The notes: a model not told the origin generated them from the sequence alone. A stretch of DNA of 64,000 nucleotides from an uncultured Alphaproteobacteria bacterium (GCA_944393665.1 CALYAX010000001.1:6018-70017), one strand, 5' to 3'; positions 51,305 through 61,713 are shown, counted from the first letter of the stretch. Made by a program: numbers and translations.

Positions 51305-52560
51305 TTCCTTTCTGACAGATCAAGCATATCATAAATATCTATTCCGCAACGGCCGTCAAAATATCCTTTAATTTTCTGCAAAAGTTTCATCAGGACTTGC
51401 ACCCTTTCTTCCGAAACATGGTAGCGCCGACTCACATCAGCCATACGCTGTTCAATCGTACAAGTCTTGCCAAGACTGTTCAGCATATCGCAAAGCTGGA
51501 TCAGGCGGTCTTCATCATTGAACGTTATTGTTTGCAAATAGTTCCGGCATTTAAGAATATCGGTTCGGTTTTGAGGATAAACGCCGGTATCAAAATTTTG
51601 TTCATAAAACGAATGAGTGATACTTATTCTCGCCAAATCGGGATAATTTAATTCTTTCATAAATTCTGCCCCGACCCAGCCGTGAAAACAAGGTTCGGCA
51701 TATTCATCACGAATACGGCCGCAATCATGGAGCACTCCCAAAACATAAGCCCGTTCAGGGTCCATATCCGGGGTTGCTGCAGCAATCGTTGCCGCAATAT
51801 CCGCTACGGCCGTGCAATGTGCCCGAAATGTTGTTTCCATGTCACCGGTAAAAGGGTGTTCTGTCATGTTGCGAATACTGATAATCACCTCAAACAAAAT
51901 TTCAGCTTCCGTCGGGGTTGGCAATTCGGGCAGATTTTCACGAACATTCAGAAGCGCATAAATATCTTGTCCGATTTTTGCCTCAAAATATGCCTTGTTT
52001 TCCAGAGCATGATTATACAAATCCGTTGGCGGCGTTTTGGGGTGATAGCGGCTGACAATTCCTTTAACCCGGTTTTCAAAAGTGGTAATACGCAAGCCTT
52101 CAAACATGAAGTCAAACAATTGAACCAGGCGGTCATAATCATCAAGTTCAACCGTATCTAAATTTTCCCGGGCGGCGGCAAGCCATTCCCTGCAACAGCC
52201 ATAAGCAGAGAAATCAAAATCTTTTTTAGGAAAACTGTGGCTCAGGCAAATGCGGGCGACATCCGTATAGCCCAAGCGGAGCATTTCATTATAACCGTCC
52301 AGAACATGAAAATGTTCTCCTTTACCCTCGTCATGCCGTTTGCCATAATCGTGCAGCAACCCCAATACCCAGGCTTTTTCGGGGTCCATACCAGGGATAA
52401 GTGCCGCAACTTTGGCGCAGGCATATGCAATTCCCAGGCTGTGAAAACGGTATTCCGTTTCAAAGCGTTTCGGCCAGCCGTCATGGGCGTGGCGATAATT
52501 AATCCCTTGTTTCCAGATTTCAAGGGCAGTCCGGCGGTCCGGATAAGTTCGTTGTTTCAT
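51301..52560 (-). CDS. tandem HD-domain phosphohydrolase
   Basis: Two HD repeats (HSLGIAYACAKVAAL...LLHDYGKRHDE and HCTAVADIAATIAA...VLHDCGRIRDE). The start is set at the ATG at 52558-52560 with an AGAGGA RBS. Overlaps the PHP gene start by 4 nt. Confidence 0.6.
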   Translation of the reverse strand: MKQRTYPDRRTALEIWKQGINYRHAHDGWPKRFETEYRFHSLGIAYACAKVAALIPGMDPEKAWVLGLLHDYGKRHDEGKGEHFHVLDGYNEMLRLGYTDVARICLSHSFPKKDFDFSAYGCCREWLAAARENLDTVELDDYDRLVQLFDFMFEGLRITTFENRVKGIVSRYHPKTPPTDLYNHALENKAYFEAKIGQDIYALLNVRENLPELPTPTEAEILFEVIISIRNMTEHPFTGDMETTFRAHCTAVADIAATIAAATPDMDPERAYVLGVLHDCGRIRDEYAEPCFHGWVGAEFMKELNYPDLARISITHSFYEQNFDTGVYPQNRTDILKCRNYLQTITFNDEDRLIQLCDMLNSLGKTCTIEQRMADVSRRYHVSEERVQVLMKLLQKIKGYFDGRCGIDIYDMLDLSERN

Positions 52561-52659
52561 GTTAAATCCTCTGTCTGTCGGCCAGATTTTATAAGATAAA
52601 GATTGATGTTTATTTAACATCTGTTCTAAGAGAACCTTAAAAGAAGGAAATAAAGAAAT

Positions 52660-54510
52660 TTATTTCTTAACAAAGCCGAGAATGGCGGTTATTGCCGCCG
52701 GGGTAACGCCGGGAATCCGCGAAGCTTCACCAATGGTGGAAGGACGGATTTGCGACAGTTTGGCAACCATTTCCCTCGACAGACCGCCAATCTGACTGTA
52801 ATCAATATCTTCTCTCAGGCGCAGATTTTCATCTTTTTTGAACACTTCAATATCCGCGAGCTGGCGTTTGATATATCCGGCATATTTGGCCTCAATTTCG
52901 ATTTGTTCGTAAATCAGCAGGGGAATCGTTGATAAGCCGGGCCAAATGGCAAGAATTGTTTCACGTGAAACGTCCGGATAAGACATGACATTAAAAGCAC
53001 TTCGGCGAACGCCGTCCTGTTTAACCGTCACACCATATTTTTCAAGCCCGGCAGGAGTGATCAACAGTTGTTCTACCATCTCCCGGTCCTGTCGGAGCTG
53101 CTGTTGTTTGGCTTTAAATACAGTGTATCTCTCCCGGCTGACGCAGCCAGCCTCAAACCCGAGTTCCGTTAACCGGAGGTCAGCATTGTCAGCCCGTAAG
53201 AACAGCCGGTATTCAGACCGCGATGTAAACATACGGTATGGTTCATCAACCCCTTTGGTAATCAAATCGTCAATCATCACGCCGATATAAGCCTGAGAAC
53301 GGTCAATTGTCAGCTCGCGCCCGGTATTCAGGGCCGACAAAGCGGCATTAACCCCGGCAACAAGTCCCTGGGCAGCAGCCTCCTCATAACCGGTGGTGCC
53401 GTTAATCTGGCCGGCCAGATATAAACCCGGAACTTTTTTGACTTCCAAGCAATGATTTAATTCGCGGGGATCAACATAATCATATTCAATCGCATAAGCC
53501 GGGCGGATGATTTCAACATTTTCCAGCCCTTTCATGGTATGAATAAACTGCTCCTGCACATCAGCCGGCAAAGACGTCGAAATGCCGTTGGGATAAACCA
53601 CGTCGGTATCCAGCCCTTCCGGCTCCAAAAAAATCTGGTGGCTGGTACGGTCGGCGAATTTAACCAGCTTATCTTCAATGGAAGGACAATAACGCGGGCC
53701 AATTCCGGTTATCAGGCCGGAAAACAATGCACATTTTGAAAAATTATCCCGGATAATCCGGTGCGTTTGTTCGTTGGTATGCGTAATATGGCATTTAATC
53801 TGCGGATTGGTCAATTTTTCAGTCATAAAGGAAAAGGCCTGCGGTTCGGCATCGCCTTCCTGAACTTCAAGAATATCCCAGTTAATGGTTTTGCCGTTCA
53901 GCCGGGCAGGGGTTCCGGTTTTCAGGCGTCCGAGCTGCAAGCCGAAAGACTTTAAATACGGTGTTATTCCTGTACAGCTGACATCATCTACACGGCCGCC
54001 GACGGTCGTCTGATGCCCGATAAACATTAAACCGTTTAAAAATGTTCCGGAGGTTAAGATTATTTTTGAAGCATTCAGAAGGGTTCCGTCCGCCAAAACA
54101 ACACCGTTTAACCTGCCGTCTGCCAAAGAAAACCCCTCGACAGCCCCTTCGATCAAAGTAAGATTTTTCTGAGCCTGCAAAGCTTCCAGCATATATTTTT
54201 TATAAAGCCGGCGGTCAGCCTGCGCACGTGGGCCGCGAACCGCCGGACCTTTAGAAGCATTCAGCATACGGAACTGAATTCCGGCCCGGTCAATCACGCA
54301 TGCCATTAAACCGTCAAGAGCGTCAATCTCACGCACCAGATGCCCTTTTCCCAAGCCGCCGATGGCCGGATTACAAGACATTTCACCGATTGTTGCAACA
54401 GAGTGGGTGACCAGCGCCGTTTTGGCGCCTGTCCGGGCTGCTGCCGCACAGGCTTCGCAGCCGGCATGACCTCCGCCAACCACAATAACATCAAACTTTT
54501 GATTATTCAT
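52660..54510 (-). CDS. mnmG: tRNA uridine-5-carboxymethylaminomethyl modification enzyme MnmG (GidA)
   Basis: FAD-binding N-terminus ([15 protein letters not shown]). 616 aa. Confidence 0.95.
   Translation of the reverse strand: MNNQKFDVIVVGGGHAGCEACAAAARTGAKTALVTHSVATIGEMSCNPAIGGLGKGHLVREIDALDGLMACVIDRAGIQFRMLNASKGPAVRGPRAQADRRLYKKYMLEALQAQKNLTLIEGAVEGFSLADGRLNGVVLADGTLLNASKIILTSGTFLNGLMFIGHQTTVGGRVDDVSCTGITPYLKSFGLQLGRLKTGTPARLNGKTINWDILEVQEGDAEPQAFSFMTEKLTNPQIKCHITHTNEQTHRIIRDNFSKCALFSGLITGIGPRYCPSIEDKLVKFADRTSHQIFLEPEGLDTDVVYPNGISTSLPADVQEQFIHTMKGLENVEIIRPAYAIEYDYVDPRELNHCLEVKKVPGLYLAGQINGTTGYEEAAAQGLVAGVNAALSALNTGRELTIDRSQAYIGVMIDDLITKGVDEPYRMFTSRSEYRLFLRADNADLRLTELGFEAGCVSRERYTVFKAKQQQLRQDREMVEQLLITPAGLEKYGVTVKQDGVRRSAFNVMSYPDVSRETILAIWPGLSTIPLLIYEQIEIEAKYAGYIKRQLADIEVFKKDENLRLREDIDYSQIGGLSREMVAKLSQIRPSTIGEASRIPGVTPAAITAILGFVKK
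52957..52972. promoter_or_regulatory. parS-like site (TGTTTCACGTGAAACG, 1 mismatch) inside the 3' end of mnmG
   Basis: 15 of 16 positions match the parS palindrome. Confidence 0.65.
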
Positions 54511-54619
54511 AGACTTAGACCTCAGATATTTGTGCGAGGTATATCCTATTTGCTTTAAGATGGCAAGTGATTTCTCTTAAAAAAATTCCCGCCGGACCAT
54601 TTGGTCAGACGGGAAAAAA

Positions 54620-54964
54620 TTAACAATAAGATTGGATTTTTTTCAGATGATCCCCGGTTGTAAAACCTTTGTGATCATCTAATTTATTCCGTTCCGCAAA
54701 TTGCTGATTTTCGGAATAACAATCACTTAAAAGTGACGCAGTCTGTTGAGCAACGTCCTTTGGCAGTTTTGGCAGCAGCTGGGCTATATCCAGAAAAGCC
54801 CGCTGGCCCTGGTAAAAATTTTTATGTGCTTCCTGAGAGAGCTTTTTAGACGGCGAGGATTCGATGCTATCAATGATGTCATCCATACGTTTCAACTCTT
54901 CATGTTCAAGAAAAAGCAAATCAGCTCTCAGCTTCAGTGCTTTAATTGCTGGGTTTTTTTCCAT
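54620..54964 (-). CDS. hypothetical protein (114 aa) inserted between mnmG and mnmE
   Basis: ORF with AT-rich composition. I recognised no motif. Confidence 0.4.
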   Translation of the reverse strand: MEKNPAIKALKLRADLLFLEHEELKRMDDIIDSIESSPSKKLSQEAHKNFYQGQRAFLDIAQLLPKLPKDVAQQTASLLSDCYSENQQFAERNKLDDHKGFTTGDHLKKIQSYC

Positions 54965-55051
54965 AATTATGTTTATTTTATAAATTTACCGGTTTTATAA
55001 ACACGATTCAGACGAAAAAGTCAAGCAATAAGGGAAATAAAGCTAAAAAAT

Positions 55052-56395
55052 TTATTTGCCGATACAAAAAGAACCAAAAATTTTATCAAGAATCTCATCA
55101 ACTTCTATATGTCCGGTAATTTTTCCGAGCTCCCGGGCAGCCAGCCGGATATCTTCGGCAGTTAATTCTATGGGTTTTTCAAAGCTAAACCGTTGCAGAC
55201 TGTCAGCGGTTTTTTGCAAAGCTTCGCGATAGCGGGCGCGGGTGATGAGCAGATTGGACCCGGCGGTAAACTTTGAGGCAATCCGCCGGGTAATGGTCTC
55301 AAGCAATTCGCCGATACCCTGCGCCTGTTTGGCCGAAATTAACAAACAGTCCTGTTTTTTCAGATGTGAACATTGTTCAGAAGTTAATTTATCAATTTTA
55401 TTAGCCACCAGCAACATTTTGTTTTGATAAGATTTTTTTAGTTTATCAAAGACTTGAATAGAGTCTTGCGAAGCATCAAATAAAGATATTATTAAATCGG
55501 CATCTTCAATTTTGCGCCAGGCCATAGCAATTCCCTGCTGCTCGATTGCTTCTTCTGCCTCGCGCAACCCTGCCGTATCCGTAAAAATAACCGGGTAACC
55601 GCCTAAATCCAGATGAATATCTATTGCATCGCGGGTGGTTCCGGCAATGTCAGAAACGATAACTGCGTCTCGCCGGGCAACAGCATTTAAAAGACTGGAT
55701 TTTCCGGCATTGGGAGCCCCAACGATGACAACCCGGAAACCATCGCGCAAACGTTCGCCAGAGTTGTTATCCTGCAAATGTTTTTCAATGGCAGAACGCA
55801 GTTTAAATACATCGTTCATCATGTCAGAAATCAGATCCGGCGGGAGTTCCTCGTCAGGAAAATCAATATAAGCCTCAAGGTGAGCCAGCAGAGTTACCAG
55901 CTGGCTGCGCCAGCCGTCGTACAAGTTTTTAAGACTGCCCTCCATTTGGCGAAGGGCATATTTTTGCTGTTCGGCGGTTTCGGCTTCTATGAGGTCCGCA
56001 AGCCCTTCGGCCTCAGTCAAATCCATTTTCCGGTTGTAAAAAGCCCGTTTGGAAAATTCGCCGGGTTCGGCCAGACGATAGTCCGGAAGTACCGACAAGC
56101 TGTCAAGAACCGACGCAATAACTGCCCGGGAACCATGGATGTGCAGTTCGACAATATCTTCACCGGTAAAAGAATGCGGTGCCGGAAAATAAAGCAGCAG
56201 GCTGTGATCCAGCAAGCTGCCGGTACGGGCAGATGTTAATTTTACAAAATGCGCCTGGCGGCTGCCAAGCTTTTCAAGAGGCAGAGCCGTCATCCGGCGG
56301 ACTGTTTCCAATGCCGAAGCTCCGGAAATACGGACAACGGCTACACCGGATTTTCCATAAACGGTTGACAGGGCATAGATTGTTGATTCTGACAT
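55052..56395 (-). CDS. mnmE: tRNA modification GTPase MnmE (TrmE)
   Basis: G-domain motifs (GAPNAGKSSL, DTAG, NKID) and the C-terminal CIGK. Confidence 0.9.
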   Translation of the reverse strand: MSESTIYALSTVYGKSGVAVVRISGASALETVRRMTALPLEKLGSRQAHFVKLTSARTGSLLDHSLLLYFPAPHSFTGEDIVELHIHGSRAVIASVLDSLSVLPDYRLAEPGEFSKRAFYNRKMDLTEAEGLADLIEAETAEQQKYALRQMEGSLKNLYDGWRSQLVTLLAHLEAYIDFPDEELPPDLISDMMNDVFKLRSAIEKHLQDNNSGERLRDGFRVVIVGAPNAGKSSLLNAVARRDAVIVSDIAGTTRDAIDIHLDLGGYPVIFTDTAGLREAEEAIEQQGIAMAWRKIEDADLIISLFDASQDSIQVFDKLKKSYQNKMLLVANKIDKLTSEQCSHLKKQDCLLISAKQAQGIGELLETITRRIASKFTAGSNLLITRARYREALQKTADSLQRFSFEKPIELTAEDIRLAARELGKITGHIEVDEILDKIFGSFCIGK

Positions 56396-56583
56396 GAGTT
56401 CTCCTTTGATTACTTTCTAGCATATCCGTTTATTTGTGCAAGATTAAAAAAGGCGTTTTTTTGACTCAGGAAAAGAATTTCAGCATTTATTAAAGGTTAT
56501 TCATAAAATGCTTCAAAATGCGCTGTACGACGATTTGACGGACTCGTTTTTTAAACCTGAAACGTGTAAAAGAGAAAAAATAA

Positions 56584-57246
56584 ATGTTTAAGTTAATCAT
56601 CTGGGATTTTGACGGCGTTATCGCGGACAGTGAAAAAATCTGGCTGAAAAACCGCTGTGATCTTTTAAATCAAAAATTCGGCCTGAACTGGGATTTTGAA
56701 ACGACCAATTTTTACCTTGGCGGCATGAGCGACAAAACCAAACAAGCTGTTTTAGAAAATTTGGGAATTGTCACGGACGACAATTTCTGGGCTGAAGCTT
56801 TGCGCCGCGATTGTGCCGATATGGCTAAAGGCCTGAAACTTACACCGGGGATTAAAGAAATATTTTCCCGCCGGGATATTAAACAATGTATTGCTACCGG
56901 CGGCATTAAAAGCAAAACCGAACAAAAACTTAAAGCAGCGGGCATTGAGGGCCTTTTTAAGCCGGAACAAATTTTTACCGCCGATATGGTCGAACACGGC
57001 AAACCGGAGCCGGATTTATTTTTACTCGCCGCCCGGAAAATGGGGGAGAAACCCGAAAACTGCGTGGTAATTGAAGACTCTTTGGCCGGGCTTACCGCGG
57101 GGCTGAGGGCCGGAATGAAAACCGTAGCCTATACCGGCTGCGAAATGAACCAGTCCCCGGATTATCTGGAAAAGATAAAAGCTTTGGGAATACGGGAGGT
57201 TTTCCGCCATATGTCCGATTTTCAAAAATGGCTCGGGTTATCGTAA
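56584..57246 (+). CDS. HAD-superfamily hydrolase, subfamily IA (beta-phosphoglucomutase/phosphatase-like)
   Basis: Motif I (IWDFDGVIADSE) and a later K...GD motif. Confidence 0.7.
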   Translation: MFKLIIWDFDGVIADSEKIWLKNRCDLLNQKFGLNWDFETTNFYLGGMSDKTKQAVLENLGIVTDDNFWAEALRRDCADMAKGLKLTPGIKEIFSRRDIKQCIATGGIKSKTEQKLKAAGIEGLFKPEQIFTADMVEHGKPEPDLFLLAARKMGEKPENCVVIEDSLAGLTAGLRAGMKTVAYTGCEMNQSPDYLEKIKALGIREVFRHMSDFQKWLGLS

Positions 57247-57966
57247 TGCCGGAAGCAAATAAGAACACCAGTTTTTAACTCCCTGCTCAATATCTGCAAA
57301 TTCACTGTCGCGGATTTCTATCAACGCATTGTCCAAATGGTTTTCCGCCCCGTGAATAACCGATGACCCGGTTTTATACTGACGGAGATCATAGGGCTGG
57401 TTTGCTTCTGTCTTTAAGCCGGGCAGCGCGGACAACCTGGCAAGCAAACTCCGGCTCAGGGGGGTCGGTTCCAAAAAAAGTATACCGGCGTTCCAGGGGC
57501 GAAATTTTCCGCCTTGCAGCTGCGGGGTGAAAGCATGGATTGAAAACAGCCGCGGCTTTTTGTTAAGCTGCCGGAGCGCGGTTAGTTTATCCTCTATAGC
57601 CTGATGATACGGGCGATAAAAGCTGGAAAGACGATATTCTTTCTCTTCGGCATTCAAATTCCGGTTACCGGGAACAGCGATGCCGTCACTCGTCTGAACA
57701 ATCAGTTCTGCCTCCTCTTCGCGGCGGTTTAAATCAATAAGCAGCCGTGACCAATTACCGAGAAAAGCTGTGCAATTTAATGCCCCTGCCAAGGCGGCCG
57801 TTAATTCGGCGCAGCCAAAATCGCGGGCAATATGGGTTTGAAATGCCGAATCCGGCAGTCCCAGATTATTGTAAGCCGCGGGAATTTTGGCCGAGGCATG
57901 CTCGCAGGTTAAAACCAGCGGAGATACTGAATCAGGGTTGATGACGGTATAACTATTTGCTGACAT
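57238..57966 (-). CDS. N-formylglutamate amidohydrolase (FGase, PF05013-like) family protein
   Basis: N-terminal LVLTCEHASAKIP motif characteristic of the family. 242 aa. Its start overlaps the stop of the upstream amidoligase-like gene by 14 nt. Confidence 0.6.
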   Translation of the reverse strand: MSANSYTVINPDSVSPLVLTCEHASAKIPAAYNNLGLPDSAFQTHIARDFGCAELTAALAGALNCTAFLGNWSRLLIDLNRREEEAELIVQTSDGIAVPGNRNLNAEEKEYRLSSFYRPYHQAIEDKLTALRQLNKKPRLFSIHAFTPQLQGGKFRPWNAGILFLEPTPLSRSLLARLSALPGLKTEANQPYDLRQYKTGSSVIHGAENHLDNALIEIRDSEFADIEQGVKNWCSYLLPALR

Positions 57967-59650
57967 GACTGCTCCTTGCCCGGGAAACCAGTACCGGGCT
58001 TACATACGGCTGTTTGCCGGTTTCATTTAAGGCCTGGGTAATCATCCAGGCATACTGCTGCTCTCCCGCAATAACCTGGCGGGAGATTTTTTGCTGCGGC
58101 CGGAATTTATCATATTCGACCTGATAATAATAAGAAAGAGGTTTTATAACTGTTTTATCATCTGCCCGGCGGTTTTGTTTCCATCCGTATTGAGAAGCCA
58201 GCGGACGGTTAAGGTGGGTACCGTCATTTTGAACCGCCGAATTAACCATATCACGGTTAAACTGTAAAAAAGCAGCTACAAATTCTTTATTAAAATGTGC
58301 ATTCATAAACCGAAACTCGACAGTTTTTTCCGGCATAATGTTTAAGGTTTTATATTTGCGCCCAAAACTGGCCATTTCTGTCAGTTCCTGCTTATTCTCA
58401 CATAAATCTGCCATCAGGCAGAGCAGAGGATAATCCCGTTTGCCGTTTGAGCTGAGATTATGGCTGATATAGGTAGCATAAAGCAAACGGTCATCGTGAC
58501 GTTCAGGCGCGGCAAAAGTACGAACGATATCCTGTTCGTGCTGCATCATCCTTTTTACTAGCCGCTTATAACCATTTAAATCGAGATCCCGACTGGATAC
58601 ATGCTGATGAAGAGAGCAATGCACATTTACATACCCTTTTTCAAAAGCATCAAACAATTCCAGGCATTGTTTTTCATCAGCACGGGAGGTCATGACCCGG
58701 GAAGCAAATTCAACCGGGGCAAGATGATTATAAGGGGTCAGGCTTTCATCGCGCATGATAACGCCGGCGGCGTCTTTGTCCTGGTAGACAGCGCTGTCAT
58801 GATTGGAAAAATATACTTTTTTCCAAGAGGTTTTTTGCTGCAGATATTTTCCGAGGTCGTCATAGCGGCCGATTTGTTCAGGAACATAAAATTCCAGTTC
58901 AAAACCGTTGGGCGTATATTTTCCGAATTTTGAACCGGTATGGGTTTCAACCTGAAAAGTTTCGATAAACTGCGGCGTGCGGGGAGCGGCCTGGTATTCT
59001 TCCGCCAGGGTTTGTCGCAGGCGGCAAACCTCTTTAACCAGCCGGCGGCGGTTTTGAAAAGTGTAGTCCCGGTGATATTTATAATCGGTTGCCACCTGGC
59101 TGCGTAAGGCTGCATCAGCCAGGAACAAAGCTTTTTCACGGCGGTTTCCGGCCGTAAGCACAGAATTAAAGTTTTTGGCAACGGTATCCAGCAGTTTGCA
59201 GGCCGTATGCAATCCATACGCATGGGCATTAGGCATATTCGGTTTAAGTACCCATTGGCAAAATTCCCGGTCATGATCAGACTTGGAGGCAAAAGAATAT
59301 ACAAACTGGCGAAATTGAAAACCAAAACTTTCCAGCTGGTCAACCAGCTGCGACAGCCTGCCGTCGCCGGTTACGGCGTATTCTTTGCATTTCAGCCGTG
59401 CATTATCGGGAGAATCAGGATTATATCCGGCCACATTTTGCCTGAATTTGGCAGCAAATCCCTGAAATGCCGTTTGCGGATCAGCAAAATTTTCACAAAA
59501 ATAGTCTGCGAGATCGGCAAAAGGCTGACACATTGCGTCAACATGCCAGTCATAATAAAACTGTTTGAAAGATTTGTGCCCGGTCATGGCAAAATAACGG
59601 TTAAAAGTATCGCGCACGGCGGCTGCAGTATTTGAATTATATTCAGACAT
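57953..59650 (-). CDS. two-domain protein: N-terminal unknown domain (~240 aa) + C-terminal glutamine-synthetase-like amidoligase (carboxylate-amine ligase) domain
   Basis: The GS-fold motifs occur in the canonical order: G-x-E-x-E-F (NGFELEFYV), H-x-H (NVHCSLHQHV) and E-x-R (TVEFRFMN). The start is set at the internal ATG (MSEYNSN...) with a GAGGA RBS. Confidence 0.5.
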   Translation of the reverse strand: MSEYNSNTAAAVRDTFNRYFAMTGHKSFKQFYYDWHVDAMCQPFADLADYFCENFADPQTAFQGFAAKFRQNVAGYNPDSPDNARLKCKEYAVTGDGRLSQLVDQLESFGFQFRQFVYSFASKSDHDREFCQWVLKPNMPNAHAYGLHTACKLLDTVAKNFNSVLTAGNRREKALFLADAALRSQVATDYKYHRDYTFQNRRRLVKEVCRLRQTLAEEYQAAPRTPQFIETFQVETHTGSKFGKYTPNGFELEFYVPEQIGRYDDLGKYLQQKTSWKKVYFSNHDSAVYQDKDAAGVIMRDESLTPYNHLAPVEFASRVMTSRADEKQCLELFDAFEKGYVNVHCSLHQHVSSRDLDLNGYKRLVKRMMQHEQDIVRTFAAPERHDDRLLYATYISHNLSSNGKRDYPLLCLMADLCENKQELTEMASFGRKYKTLNIMPEKTVEFRFMNAHFNKEFVAAFLQFNRDMVNSAVQNDGTHLNRPLASQYGWKQNRRADDKTVIKPLSYYYQVEYDKFRPQQKISRQVIAGEQQYAWMITQALNETGKQPYVSPVLVSRARSSHVSK

Positions 59651-59968
59651 TATGATCCTCATTGAATTGAAATGAAACAAGATTGGCTAAGCTTGTCAGA
59701 AGATAACCTCCAAGCGCTCCAAACTTATGACACTCAAGCGCTTAGAGGTTCATAATGCTGATGATAATGGAAATAACGGCGGCAGAAAAAGAAACCAGGC
59801 AGCGAAAAGCAGCCGGATCAGAATATCCGGAAGAAAAAACAACTGCGGTTGTCAAAAGGCCTGATTGCATAAAACTGCCTCAATAAAAAATGAACTGTAT
59901 CTATAATTATGCCGGAAAGCCGCAATGTCAAGCATAAAAAAAGCCCCTCCGGCAGAGGGGCAGATTTT

Positions 59969-61222
59969 TCAGGAATTCATATTATTGAAGAAATCTTCGT
60001 TATCTTTGCTCAAGCGCAGTTTATCGAGCAGAAATTCCATACCGTCCGTCATGCCCATCTGCATCAAAACGCGGCGCAAAACCCACATTTTGGTCAGACG
60101 GTCTTTGTCGACCAGGAGTTCTTCTTTCCGGGTACCGGAACGGGTAATATCAATGGTCGGGAACAAACGTTTATCCGTCAGTTTGCGGTCAAGGATGATT
60201 TCCGAGTTGCCGGTACCCTTGAATTCTTCGAAAATAACTTCGTCCATACGCGAGCCGGTATCAATCAGCGCCGTGGCAATAATGGTCAGCGAGCCGCCTT
60301 CTTCTACATTGCGGGCGGCACCAAGCAGGCGTTTCGGGCGCTGCAGGGCATTAGCATCAACACCGCCGGTCAAAACTTTGCCTGACGAAGGGATAACAGT
60401 ATTGTAAGCACGGCCGAGACGGGTAATCGAATCGAGCAGGATAACCACGTCTTTTTTGGTTTCAACCAGACGTTTGGCTTTTTCAACGACCATTTCCGCA
60501 ACCTGAACATGGCGGGTAGCCGGTTCGTCAAAGGTTGAAGAAATAACCTCGCCCTTGACTGAACGGGTCATGTCGGTTACTTCCTCGGGGCGCTCGTCAA
60601 TCAACAGGACAATCAGATAACATTCCGGGTGGTTGGTGGCAATGGCATGGGCAATATTTTGCAGCATAACGGTTTTACCGGTTCGCGGCGGAGCGACAAT
60701 CAGGCCGCGCTGGCCTTTGCCCTGCGGAGAAATCAGATCGATGACCCGGGTGGTATAGTCTTTTTCGCCGCAGATAATGTCAAAATCAAGCTTTTCGGTC
60801 GGGTACAACGGCGTCAGGTTATCAAAATTAACCCGCAGTTTGGATTTTTCTGGATCCTCGTAGTTGATTTTGTTAACTTTGGTCAGGGCAAAATAACGCT
60901 CGTTGTCTTTGGGAGCGCGGATTTCGCCTTCAACAGTATCGCCGGTGCGCAAACCGAATTTTTTGACCTGGGCCGGAGAAACGTAAATATCATCGGGTCC
61001 GGCCAGATAGTTGGACTGGGCGGAACGCAGAAAACCAAAACCATCCTGCAGGACCTCAATCGTGCCTTCGCCGTAAATAATGTTGTCTTCACTGGCAACC
61101 TTTTTCAAAATGGCGAACATCAGGTCTTGAACGCGCATGGAAGAAGCGTCTTCAATGCCAAGGTCTTCAGCCTGCGTTAACAGTTCTGTCGGGGACTTTT
61201 GTTTTAAATCTTTTAAATTCAT
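59969..61222 (-). CDS. rho: transcription termination factor Rho
   Basis: The N-terminus [15 protein letters not shown], the OB-fold RNA-binding domain and the RecA-like ATPase (Walker A APPRTGKT) are all present. The start is trimmed from the over-extended ORF. Confidence 0.95.
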   Translation of the reverse strand: MNLKDLKQKSPTELLTQAEDLGIEDASSMRVQDLMFAILKKVASEDNIIYGEGTIEVLQDGFGFLRSAQSNYLAGPDDIYVSPAQVKKFGLRTGDTVEGEIRAPKDNERYFALTKVNKINYEDPEKSKLRVNFDNLTPLYPTEKLDFDIICGEKDYTTRVIDLISPQGKGQRGLIVAPPRTGKTVMLQNIAHAIATNHPECYLIVLLIDERPEEVTDMTRSVKGEVISSTFDEPATRHVQVAEMVVEKAKRLVETKKDVVILLDSITRLGRAYNTVIPSSGKVLTGGVDANALQRPKRLLGAARNVEEGGSLTIIATALIDTGSRMDEVIFEEFKGTGNSEIILDRKLTDKRLFPTIDITRSGTRKEELLVDKDRLTKMWVLRRVLMQMGMTDGMEFLLDKLRLSKDNEDFFNNMNS

Positions 61223-61713
61223 GGGAAACCTTATTCGAAAAAACAGGTAGGAGGAATGTATGGTTTTTATACTTGCTTTATTGAAATCTGTCAAATGAAA
61301 GTTATGTTTAAATCAGGCCGCTTTTATGAACAGCCCCGCAGGGCCTATTAATAAATATTTAAAATGTTTTTGTTGTTAGTATATGCCTGCGAGTGGTGTG
61401 GATTAAATTTTATCAGGGCGGTTATCCAAAGGTTAACAGATTGTTAATAAGCATGTGTGCGGAAAAATTAAGACTTTGTTAATCTTTTTCAGAATCAAAC
61501 AGATAATCCCGGCAAGCAAAATTTTAAGACTTTGTTAATAAAATTTTTCATTCACAGGGTGTGGGTTGAAAATTAAGCTGTGAGTAACTCGGCAGATTAA
61601 ATTTGCCACAACGGTGATTAAAATATATAAACATTAGCAGAAACTGAGTTATACACAAAAGGTTAACAAACTGTGGAAAAGCGAGTCAACCTGCTGATTA
61701 GAGGACATATTTT

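Noticed and set aside
61223-61713. rho-coaE intergenic region as oriC
   Set aside because: Only degenerate DnaA boxes and no clear AT-rich unwinding element. In alphaproteobacteria oriC normally lies next to hemE, several kb beyond rho. More likely a promoter/leader region.
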